Shown piece after piece: positions 56,141 to 64,000 of a stretch of 64,000 bases of DNA. The position numbers were made by a program, and so were the translations under genes. This DNA is from Candidatus Hydrogenedentota bacterium (GTDB lineage: Bacteria; Hydrogenedentota; Hydrogenedentia; Hydrogenedentales; SLHB01): NCBI GenBank assembly GCA_045863335.1, contig BTVY01000030.1, positions 1 through 64,000 of the forward strand. The letters are read 5' to 3'. The notes beneath the pieces were generated by a model. That model did not search any database and was not told the origin of the DNA. It saw only the letters and a program-made list of their open reading frames with translations. Position 1 is the first letter of the stretch, and each line of letters begins with the position of its first letter.

Positions 56141-57028
56141 CTAGTAGTTCTCGGTGTAATCCTTCTTGGGATCGAAGGGTTGCCGCTGGTCTTCCTGGAG
56201 CACCTCGCGGAAGGGGCGGCGCTCTTCGGGCACGGCGAGGGGCGAGACTTCCCCGTTCTCGGGGGTCCCGGCGCTGTACTTCTTGGGATCGAACTTGGGA
56301 TCGTCCTTCACGGTCTCTTGAAAGGGCTTTCCTTCGGCGACGATCTCATGAACCGACTTCTTCGTGCCGGGTGCCGTCCCGCCGCCATACGCGGAAGCAC
56401 TCGCGCCGGTCTGGGGCGCATCTTTCAGCTCGTTCACCGTGGGTTTCCAGGAGCTGAGGTGAAGTCCCTGGGCGCGGATGTTCTCGACATCCCCCTCACG
56501 GATCATGGCGCTGACTTGCTGATAGGAAAGGGGATTGTTGTTCTCGTCGTAGAAATAAGCGCCGCCCTGATCGAGCATGGCGCGCACGGCACGGACATCC
56601 TCCTCGCGAGCGGCCTTTTCCTCCGGGGTCTCCTCGGCAGGTTCGCTCGCAGGCGCGGCAGTTTCGGGCGCAGTTTCACCCTCGGGTGTTGCGGTCTCCT
56701 CGCCTGCCGCGGGGACCTGCTCTGGGGATTCGGCCGATTCAGCGTCTTCGGTGGCAGGTTCCTCCGTAGCGGGTTCACTTGAAGTTTCCCCAGGCGTCGC
56801 ACTTTCCAGTTTGCCGTAGCTACGGGACTTTCCATCCTGCACGGACAACGCCGATTCGTCGATCTCCTGAACGCCGCCATTTCGTTCCACGACGGTAAAC
56901 GTGTTGCCGCGTCCGATGAGGTCCACCGCAGCGCCGTCACCCCACGCGGGGACGGTTGCAGCGGCAAAGATAACTCTTAGCAGGGCAGAGAGATACAACG
57001 TCTGTTGGGTAACTGGTCTTCCGCTCAT
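56141..57028 (-). CDS. secreted acidic hypothetical protein with Glu/Pro/Ala-rich linker
   Basis: signal-like N-terminus, low-complexity EPAT linker, duplicated PF.E....D...FDPKK motif; TTTACG-N17-TATAAT promoter at 57073-57101. Confidence 0.72.
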   Translation of the reverse strand: MSGRPVTQQTLYLSALLRVIFAAATVPAWGDGAAVDLIGRGNTFTVVERNGGVQEIDESALSVQDGKSRSYGKLESATPGETSSEPATEEPATEDAESAESPEQVPAAGEETATPEGETAPETAAPASEPAEETPEEKAAREEDVRAVRAMLDQGGAYFYDENNNPLSYQQVSAMIREGDVENIRAQGLHLSSWKPTVNELKDAPQTGASASAYGGGTAPGTKKSVHEIVAEGKPFQETVKDDPKFDPKKYSAGTPENGEVSPLAVPEERRPFREVLQEDQRQPFDPKKDYTENY

Positions 57029-57212
57029 GGCGTGACTCCATCTGGAAGTGCCGATCCCTTGGCACTGGAGGGATTATACCATGAGAAAGCGGGTGCGTAA
57101 ATAAAATATTGACAAAATTGCGAATACCCTCGCGCGCGTCTGGTTCACGCGTCGTTCCAGTGGTATGATTGCTGGACTGGTACAGCGATGGCATTCGGAT
57201 ACAGGAACCATC

Positions 57213-58646
57213 ATGGAATCATCCGCCGCGATACGACCTGAAACGGGCGAGTACGATCGGCTCGTGACCTATGCGCGAGAACGGCCGGACCCCGTGCCGG
57301 AGGAAGTCGTTCAGCGCGTGTGGTACGACCAGTTGTTTCCTTCGGAATCGTTGCAGACTTCCGAGGGCATGCCAGTGCGCGTGATCTCGCCGGGTTGGTG
57401 GAACGATGCGGAAGGCCCTGACTTCCTGGGCGCGCAGATTCAGTTCGGCGGCACCGTGCGCACAGGCGATGTGGAAGTTCACCTGGACCACCAAGGGTGG
57501 CGGCAGCACGGCCATCACCGCGACCCGCGGTACGACAATGTGATCCTCGAGGTCGTCCTGGCAACGAAGGCCCCCGCGTCACCATCGACCACGGTATCGG
57601 GCCGCAAAGTGGCCTGTCTTCTGCTTGCGGATCGGCTCGACACCGATCTTGGACAAGTGATTCAATCCGCGTTCGCGGACGACTATCCGCACGCGGTGAG
57701 CATGACAGAAGGATACTGCGCGGCATTGTCGCGCAAGCACGGCGCAGATCATGTACGGCGCTTCCTGCTGCTCGCGGGCGAATGGCGGCTCCTGCAGAAG
57801 TCGCGCACACTGGCGGAACGCGCGGCTCGTGCAGGCATGGATCAGGCCGTCTATGAAGGATTCCTCACGGCGTGTGGCTATAGCCGGTATAAGAATCACT
57901 TCGCGTCGGTCGCACGCGGCCTTCCTTACGAGCGGGTGCGGCAACTGGCGCGCGAGGACCCGATGCTCGTGGAAACAGCCTTTCTTCAGGTTGGCGGTCT
58001 GCTGCCTCAGGCGTTACCGGACGAAACTGCGATCCCTCATTTTCGCCGGCTCGCGGAACTGCGCGCCCGGCATCTTGACGGATTGCGGAGTCTGCCGCTC
58101 GCGTGGTCGCGAACTGGGGTGCGCCCGAACAATTATCCGGAACGCAGGCTGTCGGGCGCGGCACGGTTTCTTGCGCGGACGGCGCGCAACGGTTTGCCGG
58201 CCACGCTGGATGCGATCTGGCGCGAGGCGTGCAGCCCGCTGGAGCGGCGACGCGCCTTCGAAGCGTTGTTTCCAAGCGCCATGGGATTCTGGGCGGAGCA
58301 CTGCACCTGGACGGGCAAGCGGCTGCCTACGCCCAACGCGCCATTGGGCGCGAGCCGGATCCGCTCCATCATCGGGAACGTGTTCTTGCCCGCGGGACTT
58401 GCATCGGCGCGGTCCCGCTCCGATCGCGAAATGGAGGAGCGGGTGCTGGAACTTTTCGCGGCCCTGCCCAAGGAGACGGGGAATCACGTAGTCCGGATCA
58501 TGATCCCGCGCATTTTCGGCGACCTCAAACCACCGCGGATCGACTTCCGCACACAGCAGGGATTGCTTCAGGTGTTTCAGGACTGGTGCGAGCCCAATCC
58601 TTCCTGCCGGAACTGTCCGGTCATTTCCTACCTGGACAGTCCCTAA
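57213..58646 (+). CDS. DUF2851 family protein
   Basis: SPG.WN...GPDF..A, GDVEVH, W..HGH..DP.Y.NVIL.V, RPNN.P.RRL, QQGLLQ, terminal C..CP. Confidence 0.9.
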   Translation: MESSAAIRPETGEYDRLVTYARERPDPVPEEVVQRVWYDQLFPSESLQTSEGMPVRVISPGWWNDAEGPDFLGAQIQFGGTVRTGDVEVHLDHQGWRQHGHHRDPRYDNVILEVVLATKAPASPSTTVSGRKVACLLLADRLDTDLGQVIQSAFADDYPHAVSMTEGYCAALSRKHGADHVRRFLLLAGEWRLLQKSRTLAERAARAGMDQAVYEGFLTACGYSRYKNHFASVARGLPYERVRQLAREDPMLVETAFLQVGGLLPQALPDETAIPHFRRLAELRARHLDGLRSLPLAWSRTGVRPNNYPERRLSGAARFLARTARNGLPATLDAIWREACSPLERRRAFEALFPSAMGFWAEHCTWTGKRLPTPNAPLGASRIRSIIGNVFLPAGLASARSRSDREMEERVLELFAALPKETGNHVVRIMIPRIFGDLKPPRIDFRTQQGLLQVFQDWCEPNPSCRNCPVISYLDSP

Positions 58647-58661
58647 TAATTCCCTCCCGGC

Positions 58662-59117
58662 TCAATTGCCCAGACTCTGCAAGCAGGCGACAACGGCGCG
58701 GGCGTCCTCGTCGCTGAGACGGAAGGGTGGCATGGGACCCCGGGGAGGTTTTCCGGTGCGTGGCACGATTCCTGTCTTTAACAGCGTAATCACATCATCT
58801 CCAGTGCCTCCCGCGAGAGGTCCAAGGGCGGGCGCGTGACTCGCCCAAGTCGCCATCTTGGGGTAGGTGGCTTTCGCCGGAATCACGCCGCCTTCAAACT
58901 GTTGACTGAGAATTGGCTGGCCGTGTTCATCTTTGGGAGAGTGGCATACGACGCACATGGCGACCGAGTGGGTAAGATACTCGCCGCGGCGAATCTGATC
59001 GGCATTCGAGGCCGAGTCGGCCTGGGCGGATGCCGCCGGGATCGACCTCAACAACGCGAACAGGGCGGCCAAAGTGAGGACAGTTCCGATGGATGCAAAC
59101 GTTACGATCCTTCGCAT
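58662..59117 (-). CDS. monohaem cytochrome c
   Basis: signal/TM, RGEYL, CVVCH haem motif, PMP, D..AVVA.L.SL; AAGGAG RBS. Confidence 0.9.
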   Translation of the reverse strand: MRRIVTFASIGTVLTLAALFALLRSIPAASAQADSASNADQIRRGEYLTHSVAMCVVCHSPKDEHGQPILSQQFEGGVIPAKATYPKMATWASHAPALGPLAGGTGDDVITLLKTGIVPRTGKPPRGPMPPFRLSDEDARAVVACLQSLGN

Positions 59118-59314
59118 AGCATGCTCCTTGTATCCGGGAAAGCCAAAAACGCCTTTGCGTCCTGAGTTCACCATGGCCTTCAATGTGCGGGGTAACGAGG
59201 GCGAAATGCAAGCCCTGAGATCGGATGGTTATTCGCAAATTGCCTGGAGGTTCGCGCTAATTTAGGATGTCGGAAAGGATTTCGCAACCGTACCGGGAAA
59301 GGGGTGTCCAGTTT

Positions 59315-61126
59315 ATGAACGGCAAATTGGTTCACGTCGCGTGTGGCTTGATCCTCTGCGCGCTGACTGCGCGAGGCGATGTCTTTACGACCGTAGACAT
59401 TCGGAACGTCGACGTGCGCGGGGAGATTGGCAATCGGATTTCCGCGACCATCAACAACAACCTTATGGCACTCGAGGCGGACCAGGATTTCCTGAAGCCC
59501 TTTCAAGACCGGACCGCGACGGGCGGCTATGTGGGGCTCGGGAAGCTTATCGATGCCGCGGTACGGTTTGCCGCGTACACGGAAGATCCCAAGGTGCTCG
59601 AACGGAAGGAGCACCTTGTGGACGCGATCATCGCGACGCAGGAGCCGGACGGCTACATCGGCATGTTTGCGCCGGAGGCTCGGCTGTGGTCGTTGTGGGA
59701 TATCCACGAGATGGCGTACCTGGTCTATGGGCTGACCATGGACTACCGGTTCTTTGGCGAGGAGACGTCGCTGGATGCGGCGCGCCGAGCAGCGGACTAC
59801 GTCATCGCGGGCTGGAACGCCAATCCCGAACGCGAACCGGGCGGCGGATCGATTACGGTGTATATGGCGGTAACGGGTTTGGAGCCCGCGCTGCTGGCCT
59901 TGCACGAGGCAACCGGCGATGCGAGGTACCTGGACTTCTGTTCGAATCAGCGCAAGCTCGCGGAATGGGACGGGCCGATTGTGGAGGGCCGCTGGGGACC
60001 TATCCAGGGGCACGCGTACGCGTACATGGCCCGGTGCATCGCGCAGTTGCGGATGTACCGCCTCCAGCCGAAGCCGCAATTGCTCGTACCGTCCCATCGC
60101 GTCATGGAGTATCTGCTCGAACAGGACGGACTCGTCGTGACGGGGACGTGCGGGCAGCACGAGTGCTGGCATAGCACGCAGGAAGGCGCCGCGAACTTGG
60201 GCGAGACGTGCGCGACGGCCTACGAACTGCGGTTCTTCGACGAACTGATGCGCATGGAAGGGAAACCGCTGTACGGCGACCTCATGGAGCGGGCGCTGTA
60301 TAACGCGTTGTTCGCCGCGCAATCACCCGATGGCCGCCGGATACGCTATTACTCGCCCCAGGAAGGCGAGCGGCAGTACTTCGAAGGCGACACCTATTGC
60401 TGCCCCTGCAACTACCGGCGAATCATCGCGGAATTGCCTGGCATGATCTACTACCGATCGGACGACGGGATCGTGGCGAATCTGTACGCGCCCTCCGAGG
60501 TAACGTTCTCCGTGAGCGGGGTCCAGGTGAAACTGGTTCAGGAAACGGAGTACCCGACCAACGGTACGGTTCGCTTGCGTGTGGAACCGGAGGCGCCCGT
60601 AGAATTTTCAATCCAATTGCGAGTCCCAGGTTGGTGCGACGGCGCGCGGGTGCAAGCGGAAGGCGCAACCATGATCGGCGACGGCGCGCCAGGGACCTTT
60701 CTCACGCTGCATCGCGAGTGGAAGCAGGGCGACGAAATCACACTCGAGTTGCCCATATCGCTGCGCATGGTCCGCGGCCGCAAGGCGCAGGCCGGGCGGG
60801 TGGCGGTGATGTACGGACCGCGGGTGTTCTGTTTGAATCCGGAGCTGAATCCCGCGCTGGCCAAAGAAGATTTGCGCTTGATCACAATCGATCCCGCGAC
60901 GCTGAAAGGGCCGATTCCCGATTCGAGCGTGCGGCCCGGCGGGCTGGCGTGTACGGTGAGCGCGTGGCGGACGACGAACTGGTATCCCATGGCAAAGCCG
61001 GATTGGGAATTGACGCTGACGGAGTTTCCCGATCCGGGTGGACAGGCGACCTATTTTCACGTGCCCAATCCCAATGATTCGCAATTCGTAGACGACGAAC
61101 TATCGGTGGACGGGACCGCGGGCTAA
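59315..61126 (+). CDS. GH127 (DUF1680) beta-L-arabinofuranosidase-like glycoside hydrolase
   Basis: Q.PDGY, GHAY, ETCA, YGD.MER.LYN, CCPCN, T.YP..G, LRVP.W, W..GD, YGP.V. Confidence 0.9.
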   Translation: MNGKLVHVACGLILCALTARGDVFTTVDIRNVDVRGEIGNRISATINNNLMALEADQDFLKPFQDRTATGGYVGLGKLIDAAVRFAAYTEDPKVLERKEHLVDAIIATQEPDGYIGMFAPEARLWSLWDIHEMAYLVYGLTMDYRFFGEETSLDAARRAADYVIAGWNANPEREPGGGSITVYMAVTGLEPALLALHEATGDARYLDFCSNQRKLAEWDGPIVEGRWGPIQGHAYAYMARCIAQLRMYRLQPKPQLLVPSHRVMEYLLEQDGLVVTGTCGQHECWHSTQEGAANLGETCATAYELRFFDELMRMEGKPLYGDLMERALYNALFAAQSPDGRRIRYYSPQEGERQYFEGDTYCCPCNYRRIIAELPGMIYYRSDDGIVANLYAPSEVTFSVSGVQVKLVQETEYPTNGTVRLRVEPEAPVEFSIQLRVPGWCDGARVQAEGATMIGDGAPGTFLTLHREWKQGDEITLELPISLRMVRGRKAQAGRVAVMYGPRVFCLNPELNPALAKEDLRLITIDPATLKGPIPDSSVRPGGLACTVSAWRTTNWYPMAKPDWELTLTEFPDPGGQATYFHVPNPNDSQFVDDELSVDGTAG

Positions 61127-62955
61127 GCGCGAATCGGCATTGTTATCGTGATGGTAGCGCCGCGGCCCAGTTCACTCTCCACGTCGATGGCGCCTCCGTG
61201 GTTGGTAATCATGGCGTACGCGACACTGAGACCGAGACCAATCCCCTCTCCCACTTCCCGAGTTGTGAAGAAGGGCTGAAACACCTTGGCGCAAGTTTCC
61301 TCGTCCATGCCCGGCCCTGTGTCGGCAAATACAATTTGAACGGAGGATCTGTCGGTACGGCTGGTGATCGTCAGCCGGCGGCGGTCTGGTTCGACCTCCA
61401 GCAGGGCCTGATGGGCATTGTTGATGACGTTCAAGAATACCCGCTGGACATCCTGACTGTCGCAGTGAACCTGGGGCAGGTCCGGAGCGAGGTCGAGTGT
61501 CACTGCGATGCGGTCGACATTCAGCGCGTATTCAAAAAGCCCGTAGGCCTGTTGTATCAGTTCATTGATGTCGCAGGGCAACCGTTCGCGGTCCCCGCGC
61601 TTTGCAAAGGCAAGCAGATTCTCTCCGATTCGCCGGCAGCGATTGGCTTCGTCGATGATTTTCTCGAGCTTGTCTTTGTGGGCCGGTTTCTCGACAGCCT
61701 GATGCAATAATTCTGCGTACCCTAGAATGCCTGCAAGCGGGTTGTTCAATTCGTGTGCAGCCCGCATGACGATCTCGCCGAGGGCTGACATCTTTTCTTG
61801 TTGCAGCAATTCGCGCTGCATGGACTTCTGCTCGGCGATGTCGACAAGGAGCATGACAACGCCGTCGAGGCTCCCGTCGTCGAGTTCGAGGGGCGCTGCA
61901 ATCACGTCGCAGTGCAGCTTCTTGCCGAACCGGGTGCGGAAGGTCACGCAGGCGCGAAAGTCTCTGCGGGCATCCACGACCCGCTCAAGTAAATCTCGAC
62001 CGGACGCATCGGTCCGTTCTCCCAGTTCACAAAGATCGAGACCAATGAGCGCGTTGACGGAGGGGGCGCCGCAGAGCCCTGCAGCAAGCGCGTTCGCATC
62101 GCGAATGGCGCCGTCGGCGTCGGCGATAATGACACCGTAGGGAGAGATTCCGAGTAAGGTTTCCACATAGCAATTGGTGCGGCGAATTTCCGTTTGGAAC
62201 CGGCGTTCCAACCGTAGATCGCGGGCGATACCGACGACGACGTCGGTAGATCCGGCGTGATTGGTCAAGATGCGGGTGTCAATCTCCATGAGTATGCGTT
62301 CGCCATCTTTGGAATACACCTCGATCGTAAATGGCGATAAGTTTCCGCCGCCGGGTGCGGTCATCCGTTCCTCGACCAGGTCGATGTACTTGGAAACCAC
62401 AACGTCGTAAATGGAGAGTCCCTGCATGAGGTCTTCTCGCGTGTACTTCACCACAGCGAGTCCGGCGTCGTTTATATAGAGTATGTTTCCGGCTGCGTCG
62501 TGGACAAATACAAGGTCGCGAATGTTGTGGAGGATTCCCGCGAGAAAATCGTAGAGCCGCTGACTATCCGGATGAGCGGTCTGGGCCATGTTATCGACCA
62601 GATTGTGGTACAAGCTGACCGTTTCGAGATTAAGCACCGAGGGCGGCAAGGACTTGCGAATACACGCGCGCAAGTGGAGGACGTTACCTGCGAAGACTTT
62701 GCCGTTGGAGTAGGAGCGAAACAGCTCGATTGTTTCCGTTTCCGCGGCACGCAGCAATCGGCCGATCAGGGCGTCATCCGCCCCGGCCTCGCGCAAGGGC
62801 ATCACGTCGAGCGGCAGTTCGTCTTCCAGGCATCCGCCAAGCTGCCGGACGACCTGCGTCAGCGGCTCAGTATAGGCTTCGCTGTCCGCATGTTCGGCGG
62901 CCGCCTTGGCAATGTCTTCCGCGCTGCCCAGTAGTATGTCAATGCACGTAGTCAT
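61123..62955 (-). CDS. PAS-domain sensor histidine kinase
   Basis: two PAS domains, EKMSALG...AHELNNPL H-box, LNVINNA N-box, DTGPG, PFFTT, G.GLGL. Confidence 0.93.
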   Translation of the reverse strand: MTTCIDILLGSAEDIAKAAAEHADSEAYTEPLTQVVRQLGGCLEDELPLDVMPLREAGADDALIGRLLRAAETETIELFRSYSNGKVFAGNVLHLRACIRKSLPPSVLNLETVSLYHNLVDNMAQTAHPDSQRLYDFLAGILHNIRDLVFVHDAAGNILYINDAGLAVVKYTREDLMQGLSIYDVVVSKYIDLVEERMTAPGGGNLSPFTIEVYSKDGERILMEIDTRILTNHAGSTDVVVGIARDLRLERRFQTEIRRTNCYVETLLGISPYGVIIADADGAIRDANALAAGLCGAPSVNALIGLDLCELGERTDASGRDLLERVVDARRDFRACVTFRTRFGKKLHCDVIAAPLELDDGSLDGVVMLLVDIAEQKSMQRELLQQEKMSALGEIVMRAAHELNNPLAGILGYAELLHQAVEKPAHKDKLEKIIDEANRCRRIGENLLAFAKRGDRERLPCDINELIQQAYGLFEYALNVDRIAVTLDLAPDLPQVHCDSQDVQRVFLNVINNAHQALLEVEPDRRRLTITSRTDRSSVQIVFADTGPGMDEETCAKVFQPFFTTREVGEGIGLGLSVAYAMITNHGGAIDVESELGRGATITITMPIRA

Positions 62956-63124
62956 CGGCTCCGTCTCCCCACCACGCACCAACTTCACGGTACCGAATCG
63001 AATGGCGCGGCTGCAAGTGATAAATCTTTGTAACAACGACCGTATGGACGCTTAGGTGGGGCGAGGCTATACTGTCATCCTTTGAAAAACCGCGTCTGGG
63101 TTCGCACTCGGGAGAGAAAATACT

Positions 63125-64000
63125 ATGCAGTTCCTTCGGAATCACATCATCGCACTAACAATTGGACTGGCGTTGCTCGTGCAGGGCGCGTCGGCGGGTC
63201 CATTTCAGGTTGGTTTCGCGAAAGTCGATATCACGCCGACCGCGGCGATGCCGATGTGGGGGTACGGAGCCCGCCATGACGCGTTGTCCACGGGCGTGCG
63301 CGATCCCCTCTTTGCGAAAGCGGTAGTCATCGATGTGGGCGAAGACAAGCTGGCCCTGGTGGGGTTGGACCTCGGGCGTTCGCCCCGGGCGGACATGATG
63401 GCGCGCATTCGCGCCGCGGTGGCCGAGCAGTCCGGAATAAACTACGTGATGCTTTCGGGTTCCCATACGCACCACGGTCCGGTCATCGAGTTGCAGGATG
63501 AGGAAGGAAAAGGCAAGGGCAAGTTCGACAATGCGGTCGCCTATGTACCGGAACTGGAACGTAAGCTGATCGCGGTAATCAACGAGGCGGCGTCGAAGGT
63601 ACAGGACGCGCGGATCGGCTGGGGTTCGGCTGAAGTGCACATGAACCGGAACCGCCAGGCGAAGAGTGAACCGAAACCGACAGACCCGGAATTGACGGTG
63701 CTGCGATTCGACGATCTCGAAGGCAAACCGATCGCGTTGATGGTGAACTACGCGGCTCATCCGACGATGCTGCCGGGGGAGGATCTTCGGTTCTCGGCCG
63801 AGTGGCCAGGGCAAATGATGTACACCATCGAAGAAGCCATGAACACGAACGCGGGGTTCCTGCAAGGGGCAGCGGGAGACATGTCCTGCAAACCCACGGA
63901 AGAGACGCAGGGCATCGAGCGCTTTGGCAAAGCCATCGGCGAGGAAGCGATCGAAGTTGCAAGGGGTATCGAGACCAAGGTACCCGAAGCACCGTCCATC
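63125..64000 (+). CDS. neutral/alkaline ceramidase-family secreted protein (runs off the window end)
   Basis: translated by hand: MQFLRNHIIALTIGLALLVQGASAG..VGFAKVDITP...MWGY...DPL.AKA...SHTHHGP...NYAAHPT...FLQGAAGD; no stop before 64000. Confidence 0.85.
   Translation, partial: MQFLRNHIIALTIGLALLVQGASAGPFQVGFAKVDITPTAAMPMWGYGARHDALSTGVRDPLFAKAVVIDVGEDKLALVGLDLGRSPRADMMARIRAAVAEQSGINYVMLSGSHTHHGPVIELQDEEGKGKGKFDNAVAYVPELERKLIAVINEAASKVQDARIGWGSAEVHMNRNRQAKSEPKPTDPELTVLRFDDLEGKPIALMVNYAAHPTMLPGEDLRFSAEWPGQMMYTIEEAMNTNAGFLQGAAGDMSCKPTEETQGIERFGKAIGEEAIEVARGIETKVPEAPSI

Noticed and set aside
59130-59190. GGACGCAAAG resembling a c-di-GMP-I riboswitch upstream of the cytochrome c gene
   Set aside because: It lacks the GGCAAAC / GNRA P2 stem and the downstream P3 elements

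Overview
High-GC bacterial chromosome segment. The gene mix (BNR sialidases, sulfatase, GH127, FGE-domain protein, DUF1573, short MKH...AQ peptide) suggests Candidatus Hydrogenedentes or a PVC-like lineage, which is an inference only. It holds about 58 genes: an NsrR-controlled truncated haemoglobin plus reductase, hemN-hemG, an Fe-S/SOD stress cluster, ald, dtd, glycan-modification genes, tex, mgtE, an acyl-CoA ligase, dxs, pur genes (purC, purF, purD and a stand-alone IMP cyclohydrolase half of purH), a ParDE pair and signalling proteins. I found no rRNA, tRNA, CRISPR array, transposase or integrase. The most unusual features are: (1) a low-GC three-gene cassette encoding a LolA-like exported protein, a 12-Cys secreted protein and a DUF1573 protein; (2) a terminator-bounded pair of tiny genes, one of which is a 29-aa peptide missed by the ORF track that consists almost entirely of the pilin-like ILIGLLLPAVQ..REAA helix; (3) several families of REP/MITE-like intergenic repeats; (4) several enzymes with degenerate catalytic motifs. 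Family assignments come from motif recognition by eye; no database searches were run.
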